Shown: positions 27,472 to 33,823 of the stretch, piece after piece
Layout: the number at the start of each line of letters is the position of its first letter
Position numbering within the stretch: the first letter of the stretch is position 1
Origin: Clostridia bacterium
GTDB lineage: Bacteria; Bacillota; Clostridia; Oscillospirales; Acutalibacteraceae
Direction of reading: 5' to 3'
DNA length: 33,823 bases
NCBI GenBank assembly: GCA_024404125.1
Contig: JAKSQL010000001.1
Coordinates: 1 to 33,823, forward strand
Notes under the pieces: model-generated
What the model was told of the DNA's origin: nothing
The model's input: the letters and a program-made list of their open reading frames with translations, nothing else
Database searches by the model: none
Position numbers and translations under genes: made by a program

Positions 27472-28308
27472 ATGGAAATATTACAGTTAAAATATTTTTG
27501 CGACGCCGCACAAACACAAAATTTTTCGAAAACAGCAAAAAAATTTTTAGTTCCGCCATCAAATATTTCACAAACGATTAAACGCCTTGAAAAAGAGGTT
27601 GAAACGCCCCTATTTGAAAGATACGCTAATAAAATAAAACTTAATGACGCAGGATTACTTTTCTATAAAAACGCAAAGACAGCCTTGGATATACTTGAAA
27701 ATGCAGAAAAGACCTTGAGAAAATTACAAGAAACCAATACGATTAACATAAATATATGTATTTGCCGTCGAATCGTGATGGAAGTAATTGAAGCTTTCAG
27801 AAAAACCCACCCTGAAGTTTCTTTTATAACCACACATAATAATGATCAAATTTCTGACGAATTTGACATTATAGTGACCGATAAAGAATTGGATTTACCA
27901 TATTCAAAAATAAAAGCAGCCGAAGAGAACTTTTTATTGGCTTATAACAAAAATAAATTTGTTTTTAATAACGACATAATCCCTCTCGAACTTGAAAATG
28001 CTCCGTTTATTACAATGAACAAAGGGAGCAGTCTATATGCAAACTCCTTGAAAATATGCAACCGTTTAGGTTTTAATCCGCACATTGTCTTACAAAGCGA
28101 AGATCCGTTTTATATAAGAAAATGCGTTGAATTGGGGCTTGGAATAGCAATTGTTCCGGAACTTTCATGGCATAGGCAATTTTCAGAAGAGATAACACTA
28201 AAAAACATTGGAGAAATCAAACGAAAAATTTATATATACAAAAAATACGCCGCAAACAAATATATTGATGATTTTTCCACTATGCTGATAGAACATTTTT
28301 CTTTATAG
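27472..28308 (+). CDS. LysR-family transcriptional regulator
   Basis: N-terminal HTH MEILQLKYFCDAAQTQNFSKTAKKFLVPPSNISQTIKRLE and a C-terminal substrate-binding domain. The start at 27472 is supported by the RBS. Confidence 0.88.
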   Translation: MEILQLKYFCDAAQTQNFSKTAKKFLVPPSNISQTIKRLEKEVETPLFERYANKIKLNDAGLLFYKNAKTALDILENAEKTLRKLQETNTININICICRRIVMEVIEAFRKTHPEVSFITTHNNDQISDEFDIIVTDKELDLPYSKIKAAEENFLLAYNKNKFVFNNDIIPLELENAPFITMNKGSSLYANSLKICNRLGFNPHIVLQSEDPFYIRKCVELGLGIAIVPELSWHRQFSEEITLKNIGEIKRKIYIYKKYAANKYIDDFSTMLIEHFSL

Positions 28309-28434
28309 ATATCTCATCGAAATATAATATGTTTGTAAGATTACATATTTTGTCCCCTTTGTAGCGCAAACATAGCATAAAAGCGGCGGAGAGGCAATAA
28401 TTATTCATTATTCATCAGCAAAGCGACTTCATTC

Positions 28435-28474
28435 AAAAAAGTCTCTTTTGTCGGTAGACAAAAGAGACTTTTTT
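28435..28474. terminator. Bidirectional intrinsic terminator (LysR gene / tRNA-Ser)
   Basis: Perfect 12-bp stem GTCTCTTTTGTC-GGTA-GACAAAAGAGAC, flanked by AAAAAA and TTTTTT. Confidence 0.85.
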
Positions 28475-28476
28475 GT

Positions 28477-28565
28477 TGGCGGAGACGGAGGGATTCGAAC
28501 CCTCGTCTCTTAAAGGGCATCATGATTTCGAGTCATGTCCGTTATGACCACTTCGATACGTCTCC
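28477..28565 (-). tRNA. tRNA-Ser (anticodon CGA), class II, CCA encoded
   Basis: Hand fold of 89 nt. Acceptor GGAGACG/CGTCTCC. D-arm carries the GTGG loop. Anticodon stem CATGA/TCATG with loop CTCGAAA. T-arm GAGGG-TTCGAAT-CCCTC. Discriminator G plus CCA. The 16-nt variable region pairs only weakly (CUU/GAG). Confidence 0.8.
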
Positions 28566-28566
28566 A
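28548..28566 (-). repeat. 19-nt direct repeat, copy 1 (tRNA-Ser nt 1-18 plus one 5'-flanking base)
   Basis: CCACTTCGATACGTCTCCA on the + strand is identical to 28750..28768. Confidence 0.9.
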
Positions 28567-28783
28567 TATATTGTTAAACTTTAAAAAAGTATTAACCGAA
28601 TATTAAATTGTTACTTTCATAACGGAAGGTCCGTTATGTCCCATTGCGGTGCCCGAAATTTTCTTTCGGCTTGGAGCGCCTGAAAATTTCGACCGCGGCT
28701 GCTCCTTATTCCTCGCTGTATCCGCCGCAGGCGGCGCTCGGAAACGTCCCCACTTCGATACGTCTCCAAATATGTTTAGTTAC
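28566..28783 (-). ncRNA. Candidate structured leader RNA co-transcribed with tRNA-Ser, containing a split copy of the tRNA 5' half and a 111-nt GC-rich insert (28639..28749)
   Basis: It has its own near-consensus promoter, GC-rich complementary segments and tRNA-derived repeats. I do not recognise the family. Confidence 0.35.
28750..28768 (-). repeat. 19-nt direct repeat, copy 2
   Basis: Identical to 28548..28566. A further 10-nt tRNA-derived match (GTCCGTTATG) is at 28629..28638, matching 28537..28546. Confidence 0.9.
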
Positions 28784-28789
28784 TAAGAT

Positions 28790-28818
28790 ATTATATAAAA
28801 TACCCGATAGGTTGTCAA
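28790..28818 (-). promoter_or_regulatory. Near-consensus sigma-A promoter (TTGACA-17 nt-TATAAT on the minus strand) driving the leader plus tRNA-Ser
   Basis: -35 at 28813-28818 and -10 at 28790-28795 (plus-strand coordinates), with an exact 17-nt spacer. Confidence 0.7.
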
Positions 28819-28839
28819 GTAAAATCAACCCATCGGGTA
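28795..28839 (-). terminator. Intrinsic terminator of the prfA...aminopeptidase operon
   Basis: On the minus strand, TACCCGATGGGTTG-(11 nt)-CAACCTATCGGGTA forms a 14-bp stem with one G-U pair, followed by TTTTAT. Confidence 0.8.
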
Positions 28840-28856
28840 AATTTATTTTTAAAAAA

Positions 28857-30251
28857 TCATTTCATAAATTCATACATTGCGCGGTAGCACATATATACGT
28901 CAAGTTTTGATGTGGTTTCAAACGGCGCGTGCATAGAAAGTACCGGTACTCCGAGGTCTACTACGTCAACGCCTAAATTAGCAATATACATCGCTACTGT
29001 TCCGCCGCCGCCTGCATCTACCTTACCGAGTTCGCCGGTCTGCCAAATTATATTTGCATTATCAAGCATAGCGCGTACTTTTGCTACGTATTCTGCCGAT
29101 GCATCCGAAGTGCCGCCTTTACCGCGTGCACCGGTATATTTTGTGAGAACTACACCGTAGTTAACAAGTGAAGCGTTCATCGGCTCTGATACGTCTTTAA
29201 AGGTCGGATCCATAGCGGCATTAACATCGGCCGATAAACAACAAGAATTTCTGAGAGCTACCGTAACGTCACCGCCTAAAGCATAGCACAAATCACATAC
29301 ACAGTGATATAAGAAATCCGAATTAAGACCGGTATTACCGTCAGACCCGATTTCCTCTTTGTCGGCTAAAATGGCAATTGCCGTTTTTTCGGGTGCCTTA
29401 ACGTCTAAAATCGCGGTGAGGGCAGGGTAGGCACAAACTCTGTCATCCTGACCGTAACCGCCGATAAGTGAGCGGTCAAATCCCAAATCGCACGGTTTCA
29501 TAGCCGGTACCATTTCGAGTTCTGCGGATAAAAAGTCCTCTTCGGTTATGCCGTATTTTTCGTTAAGAAGTTTTAAAATGTTGAGTTTTACAAGGTCACT
29601 GCCTTCGTCCGCCTTAAAGGGCATACTGCCTATAAGAACGTTTAATTCCTCGCCCTTTATTACTTCCGCCATAGTGCGCTTTGACTGCTCTTTGTCAAGA
29701 TGGGGCAACAGGTCGTTTATAACAAACTGCGGCTCACCGTCTTTTTCGCCCAGACTGACTTCAACCGTACTGCCGTCTTTCTTGCAGAAAACGCCGTGAA
29801 GCGAAAGCGGAACGGCAGTCCATTGATACTTCTTTATTCCGCCGTAATAGTGTGTTTTAAAGAGTGCCAAATCGGTATCTTCGTAAAGCGGATTCGGTTT
29901 AAGGTCAAGGCGCGGTGAGTCGATATGCGCCGCGGTGATGTTTGTACCGCATTCCATACCGTTTTTGCCGATTACCGCGAATGCGACGGTTTTACCGCGG
30001 TTTGAAAAATAAACCCTGTCGCCCGCCTTGTATTTTGCGTTGCGGTCAAAGGGCTTAAAACCGCTTTTTTCTGCCATTGAAATTGAAAGTTTTGCGGCTT
30101 CGCGCTCTGTTTTTGCGGTGGATATAAAGTCCTTATATCCCTCACAATAGCCGTTTGCAGTTTCAATTTCTTTTTCGCTTACCTTTAAAAGACCGTTTTT
30201 CTTATTGTAGAAAAGTTCCTCTTTTAGTTCTTTTACTGCATCCTGTGACAT
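28857..30251 (-). CDS. apeA: M18-family aminopeptidase (aminopeptidase 1 type)
   Basis: About 464 aa. AAHIDSPRLDLKPNPLYED and the C-terminal SMHAPFE region are typical of M18 aminopeptidases. The ATG at 30251 lies 8 nt after GGAGG. Confidence 0.85.
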   Translation of the reverse strand: MSQDAVKELKEELFYNKKNGLLKVSEKEIETANGYCEGYKDFISTAKTEREAAKLSISMAEKSGFKPFDRNAKYKAGDRVYFSNRGKTVAFAVIGKNGMECGTNITAAHIDSPRLDLKPNPLYEDTDLALFKTHYYGGIKKYQWTAVPLSLHGVFCKKDGSTVEVSLGEKDGEPQFVINDLLPHLDKEQSKRTMAEVIKGEELNVLIGSMPFKADEGSDLVKLNILKLLNEKYGITEEDFLSAELEMVPAMKPCDLGFDRSLIGGYGQDDRVCAYPALTAILDVKAPEKTAIAILADKEEIGSDGNTGLNSDFLYHCVCDLCYALGGDVTVALRNSCCLSADVNAAMDPTFKDVSEPMNASLVNYGVVLTKYTGARGKGGTSDASAEYVAKVRAMLDNANIIWQTGELGKVDAGGGGTVAMYIANLGVDVVDLGVPVLSMHAPFETTSKLDVYMCYRAMYEFMK

Positions 30252-30252
30252 A

Positions 30253-30840
30253 TTATATACCTCCGTCAATATTGTTTATTATATTTATTAACTGCGACTT
30301 GAACAGTTCAAAATCGCCGTTATTTAAGATAAAAAAGTCGGTGCGCGATTTGTAGAATGTTTCCGTTTTACCGGCTCTTATGCGAAGAAGCGCATCGTGC
30401 TTTTCGATGTTGTCCCTTGCGGTAATTCTTTTAAGCCGTATATCTTCGTTTGCAAAAATACATACCGTTTTATCGCATATTTTATCAAGACCGCTTTCAA
30501 AAAGCGTAGGTGCATCTAAAAGCACCTTATCTTTGTCTCTTATTATTTCGGTTATCTTTTCGCAAATCGCGGGAAGTACCGTACGGTTTAAAAGTTCGGT
30601 ATTTTCTTTGGAAGAAAAGGCAATACGGGCAAGTTTTTTGCGGTCAAGAGTATTATCGTTACATAAAATATCTTGCCCGAAAACTTCGCATAATTTTTTA
30701 ATTACACAAGAATTTTTTTGAGTGACCTCTTTTGCCACTTTATCGCAGTCAACCGTAAAAAAGCCGCACTCTTTAAAAATGAGTGATGCTTCGCTTTTGC
30801 CTGCACCCGTAGGGCCCGTAAGACCGATAATAAAACTCAT
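30253..30840 (-). CDS. coaE: Dephospho-CoA kinase
   Basis: P-loop GLTGPTGAGKS. About 195 aa. The start overlaps the tsaC stop (ATGA). Confidence 0.9.
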   Translation of the reverse strand: MSFIIGLTGPTGAGKSEASLIFKECGFFTVDCDKVAKEVTQKNSCVIKKLCEVFGQDILCNDNTLDRKKLARIAFSSKENTELLNRTVLPAICEKITEIIRDKDKVLLDAPTLFESGLDKICDKTVCIFANEDIRLKRITARDNIEKHDALLRIRAGKTETFYKSRTDFFILNNGDFELFKSQLINIINNIDGGI

Positions 30841-31856
30841 AATTCTATCACCTTAAATGCCGCCGCCCTGATAAGACGGTTATACACCGCAAGACCTACA
30901 CCGCTTTTTGAGGGCGCATGTATGAATATCTTATCACAACCGAAAGTATCACAGTTACGAAGCACCGCAAAAACGTTTTTTGCAAGGGTAGTTTCGTCAC
31001 TTGCTTTTCCGTATACGGTATTTTTAACCTTTATTAAGTCTTTTTCTTCCTCAAAACATACGGCAACACAGTTGCTTTGTTTGTTTACATAATCCGCAAA
31101 TTTATTACTTTCACCTGAAATGAGGTAAGTTTCGGTATTCGGTGCATAGTGCTTGTATTTCATACCGGGGGAGGCGACCTTGTGATTGCCGTCAAGTTTA
31201 CATAAAACCGCTTTATCAACCTCGATATCGGGTATGATTTCTTTTAAACTTTCAAGTGTTATTCCTCCGGGGCGTAACAGTTTAGGTTTTCCTACAAGGG
31301 TGATAACGGTGGATTCAACACCTACCTTGCAGTCGTTACCTAAAACTATACCGTCTATTTTACCGAAAAGGTCATCTACTACGTGCTTTGCGGTAGTGGG
31401 GCTCGGTTTTCCCGAAAGGTTTGCGGAGGGTGCCGCGAGCGGAATGCCGCACGCCGCTATAATATCGTGCGCTATATTATCGCTTGGCATTCTTACTGCT
31501 ACGGTATCAAGCCCGGCGCTTACGCTTTTTGCGATTTTATCAGTCTTTTTAAGTATCATTGTAAAAGGACCGGGCCAAAACTTTTCGGCGCATTTATAGG
31601 CAATATCCGGTATATCGGTTGCTACGGTTTTAAGCATTTCCATATCGCTTATGTGAACGATAAGCGGATTATCCTGCGGTCTGCCCTTGGCTAAAAATAC
31701 ATTTTTAATTGCATTATCGTCAAACGCGGAAGCGGCAAGACCGTAAACCGTTTCGGTAGGGATTGCCACCGTCTTGCCCTGCTTTAACAAGTTTGCGGCG
31801 ATAAGAATATTCTCTTTACGGTTACCTGATATAACGTCAAGTTTAAGTGTTTCCAT
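30837..31856 (-). CDS. tsaC: L-threonylcarbamoyladenylate synthase (Sua5/YwlC type, with C-terminal Sua5 domain)
   Basis: PTETVYGLAA and KGRPQDNPLIVH motifs. The 339-aa length fits the Sua5 form. Confidence 0.9.
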   Translation of the reverse strand: METLKLDVISGNRKENILIAANLLKQGKTVAIPTETVYGLAASAFDDNAIKNVFLAKGRPQDNPLIVHISDMEMLKTVATDIPDIAYKCAEKFWPGPFTMILKKTDKIAKSVSAGLDTVAVRMPSDNIAHDIIAACGIPLAAPSANLSGKPSPTTAKHVVDDLFGKIDGIVLGNDCKVGVESTVITLVGKPKLLRPGGITLESLKEIIPDIEVDKAVLCKLDGNHKVASPGMKYKHYAPNTETYLISGESNKFADYVNKQSNCVAVCFEEEKDLIKVKNTVYGKASDETTLAKNVFAVLRNCDTFGCDKIFIHAPSKSGVGLAVYNRLIRAAAFKVIEL

Positions 31857-31865
31857 TAAAGCCCA

Positions 31866-32945
31866 CTAACCTTCGTTTTCCTGATTTTCGAGTGCTTTGG
31901 TGCGGTAATAGGTTATAAGCGCGTCTACAATTTCGTCTATATTACCGTTCATAATATCTTCAAGTTTATAAAGTGTAAGACCTATTCTGTGGTCGGTAAC
32001 TCTGCCTTGCGGGAAGTTATAGGTGCGAATTCTCTCGCTTCGGTCACCCGTACCGACCTGCGTTTTACGGTCAGATGCTATTGCGGCATCGTGTTCGGTT
32101 TTTGCAACGTCATAAAGCCGAGCCCTTAAAACTTTAAGTGCTTTTTCTTTGTTCTTTAACTGACTTCTCTCATCTTGGCACTCTACCACCGTACCTGACG
32201 GGATATGTGTTACTCTTATTGCGGAGGAGGTTTTATTGATATGCTGACCGCCTGCACCCGATGAGCGAAACGTATCTATTTTAAGGTCTGCGGGGTTAAT
32301 ATCTACCTCAACTTCGTCTGCTTCGGGGAGCACTGCTACCGTTACGGTAGAGGTATGAATACGTCCCTGCGTTTCGGTATCGGGTACACGCTGTACGCGG
32401 TGAACACCGCTTTCGTACTTAAACTTTGAGTATGCGCCGATACCTTCTATCATAAAACTTATTTCTTTGTATCCGCCGAGTTCGGTTTCGTTAAGGTTTG
32501 TAATCTCGGTTGAAAAGTGCTTGCTTTCGGCATACATAGAATACATACGGTAAAGTTCCGCAGCAAAAAGCGCCGCTTCTTCACCGCCCGCACCGCCGCG
32601 GATTTCAACTATAACGTTTTTTGAATCGTTGGGGTCTTTCGGTAAAAGCAGTATTTTAAGTTCGTCCGCAAAAACGGATTTATTCAGCTTTGCAGTTTCG
32701 TATTCTTCCTCAACAAGTTCTTTGAAATCTTTATCAAGATTACCGCCGTCAAGCAGCCCTTTTGCTTCCTGCTCACTTTCTACGGCAGTTTTGTATTCAC
32801 GGTATTTTTCAACTATCGGGGTAAGTTCGCCGTGTTCTTTCATAAGTTTTGTAAAGGTCGCAGTATCAGCCGCCGTTTCGGGACGTGAAAGTTCAACGCT
32901 TATCTGCTCGTATCGGTTTTCAACTGCGGCGAGTTTATCAAACAT
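31866..32945 (-). CDS. prfA: Peptide chain release factor 1
   Basis: GGQ motif ([11 protein letters not shown]). The RF1-type tripeptide region is [17 protein letters not shown]. Confidence 0.95.
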   Translation of the reverse strand: MFDKLAAVENRYEQISVELSRPETAADTATFTKLMKEHGELTPIVEKYREYKTAVESEQEAKGLLDGGNLDKDFKELVEEEYETAKLNKSVFADELKILLLPKDPNDSKNVIVEIRGGAGGEEAALFAAELYRMYSMYAESKHFSTEITNLNETELGGYKEISFMIEGIGAYSKFKYESGVHRVQRVPDTETQGRIHTSTVTVAVLPEADEVEVDINPADLKIDTFRSSGAGGQHINKTSSAIRVTHIPSGTVVECQDERSQLKNKEKALKVLRARLYDVAKTEHDAAIASDRKTQVGTGDRSERIRTYNFPQGRVTDHRIGLTLYKLEDIMNGNIDEIVDALITYYRTKALENQENEG

Positions 32946-33135
32946 CAGGTTTTTCTTCCTCTCGGTGAATTGATTTTATGCCTTTTTCGGCTTTTGCTCT
33001 CGGTATCATAACTATATGACCGCACTTATCACATTTAAGTTTAAAGTCCATACCTACGCGCACTACCTCAAAAATATCGCAACCGCAAGGGTGACTTTTT
33101 TTCATTTTAAGTTTATCGCCGAGTTTAATGTCCAA
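32938..33135 (-). CDS. DUF951 family small protein
   Basis: [29 protein letters not shown]...MIPR matches the DUF951 pattern. The TTG at 33135 lies 8 nt after GGGAGG. The stop overlaps the prfA start. Confidence 0.7.
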   Translation of the reverse strand: MDIKLGDKLKMKKSHPCGCDIFEVVRVGMDFKLKCDKCGHIVMIPRAKAEKGIKSIHREEEKPDV

Positions 33136-33165
33136 AAAAGCCGCCTCCCTGCAATATAATAATAT

Positions 33166-33194
33166 ATTATAAATCAAAAATGTCGTAAAGGCAA
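33166..33194 (-). promoter_or_regulatory. Candidate promoter of the DUF951-prfA operon (TTGCCT-17 nt-TATAAT on the minus strand)
   Basis: Hexamers read on the minus strand upstream of the RBS. Confidence 0.4.
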
Positions 33195-33305
33195 TGATTT
33201 CTTGAAATATCGGAAAAAGTGAAATAAAAAATTAAAAATAACACTTTATTTTTTCTTATAAGTTTGTTAAAATAGAAATATATTGTTTTGGGGACGTGAA
33301 TTGTT

Positions 33306-33823
33306 TTGGATCATTTAAAGAGAGAAAAACACGCGGCAAAAAGTAAATGGCCGTTCTACTGTATGTTTCCCGTAATATTTACATATTACGAGTTGATATT
33401 CAAAATAGCCACAGTGGGCAAATTTTGGTCGGTAGGTCTTATTTTTACGGTGCTGTTTTCAGTTTGTTACGGCATAGTGGGTTATCTGCTCACATCGATA
33501 TCTAAAAACCAAAAGGCAAACAGAGGAATTGCAATAGGTATTATGTCCGTTACGGCGGTACTGTTTTTGGTAGAGTATTTTGTATTCAGACAGTTTAAGA
33601 TATTCTACGATATAAATACCGTAACTGGTGGTGCCGGCGGCGTTGCAACGGGATTTGCAGACGAGGCGTTTGAACTTATTATCAGTTTTACGGGTATACT
33701 CATAATTTTACTCTATGCGCTTCCGATAGTTGTTTTCTGCGTATTCGGCAAAAAAATCGCTCCTACGAGAACAAGCGATTATATAAGAAGGGTACAGCCA
33801 AGAAGCAGAACATCCCTGGAGAG
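33306..33823 (+). CDS. Polytopic membrane protein, 3'-truncated by window edge (possibly the N-terminal TM domain of an LTA-synthase/sulfatase-type protein)
   Basis: Hand translation is open to the window end (LDHLKREKHAAKSKWPFYCMFPVIFTYYELIFK...) and shows several hydrophobic helices. It is absent from the ORF track because it has no stop. The start (TTG 33306) and the family are both uncertain. Confidence 0.5.
   Translation, partial: MDHLKREKHAAKSKWPFYCMFPVIFTYYELIFKIATVGKFWSVGLIFTVLFSVCYGIVGYLLTSISKNQKANRGIAIGIMSVTAVLFLVEYFVFRQFKIFYDINTVTGGAGGVATGFADEAFELIISFTGILIILLYALPIVVFCVFGKKIAPTRTSDYIRRVQPRSRTSLE

Noticed and set aside
28385-28394. GGCGGAGAGG resembles the tRNA-Ser 3' end (GGCGGAGACGG at 28478..28488). 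It could be a degenerate att-type direct repeat.
   Set aside because: There is only an 8-nt exact match plus an indel. The interval it would delimit (~80 bp) contains only a terminator hairpin. I found no copy of the tRNA 3' end at the far side of the AT-rich module.
28639-28749. Partial resemblances of the GC-rich insert to known RNAs: GGAAUAAGGAGCAGCC versus the SRP RNA GGAAGGAAGCAGCC, GGGCACCGC versus the T-box, CCGCCUGCGGC versus the ZTP 3' element, and CUCCAAGCC versus twister.
   Set aside because: Each match covers only a few nucleotides. The flanking pairings these families require are absent (for example, no helix closes the GGAA tetraloop, and there is no UGGN bulge). I left the segment unclassified rather than naming a family.
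28477-28768. A tmRNA-like reading. The leader contains GGGGACG right after the decoy acceptor strand. Paired with the tRNA 3' strand CGTCTCC, it would give a G3:U70 pair, as in tmRNA or tRNA-Ala.
   Set aside because: There is no GGAUUCGAC-like D-loop analogue, no tag-peptide ORF ending in ...LAA, and no pseudoknot series. The discriminator is G rather than A. The 3' part is a complete tRNA with its own 5' acceptor strand and anticodon arm. The total length (~292 nt) is also short for tmRNA.
28644-28910. 88-aa + strand ORF covering the tRNA leader and running antisense into the aminopeptidase gene.
   Set aside because: It has no RBS and a low-complexity, non-protein-like composition. It overlaps a well-supported minus-strand CDS and terminator, and is probably a by-product of the GC-rich RNA segment.
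1-33823. A search of both strands for CRISPR arrays, IS elements or transposases, integrases, phage genes, toxin-antitoxin pairs and defence systems.
   Set aside because: I saw no spaced direct-repeat arrays, no terminal inverted repeats with a transposase ORF, and no ORF with recognisable integrase, RT, nuclease or defence motifs. All long ORFs are accounted for by housekeeping or metabolic genes.

Overview
The window looks like a Firmicutes (Clostridia-like) chromosomal segment, and most of it is conserved housekeeping genes. From left to right:
- rapZ (3' part), whiA, dnaE and pfkA.
- A translationally coupled pair on the minus strand: a D-Ala-D-Ala carboxypeptidase and a cyclophilin lipoprotein.
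- A metallophosphoesterase followed by a Zn-ribbon / kinase-like / PASTA membrane protein whose catalytic motifs are substituted.
- A complete rimP-nusA-ylxR-ylxQ-infB-rbfA-DHH(nrnA-like)-truB-ribF operon.
- A lipoprotein and a DUF1015 protein.
- A GH13 enzyme plus glycogen/maltodextrin phosphorylase operon on the minus strand.
- A short accessory-looking patch (about 25.2-28.8 kb). It holds a polytopic membrane protein, an orphan promoter/terminator unit, and a reading frame that continues past two stop codons. It also holds a DUF4886/SGNH hydrolase with a SemiSWEET-like 3-TM protein under a divergent LysR regulator.
- tRNA-Ser(CGA), which abuts that patch.
- A DUF951-prfA-tsaC-coaE-M18 aminopeptidase operon on the minus strand, then the 5' part of a membrane protein.

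I found no CRISPR array, transposase, integrase, or recognisable defence or toxin gene. I cannot support a multi-gene novel system.

The least explained signal is a promoter-driven, GC-rich, structured ~200-nt leader in front of tRNA-Ser. It contains a duplicated tRNA 5' half split by a 111-nt insert at the D-loop. The second is the PASTA-bearing predicted pseudokinase. Start codons were re-picked by hand from RBS spacing where the ORF track over-extends.
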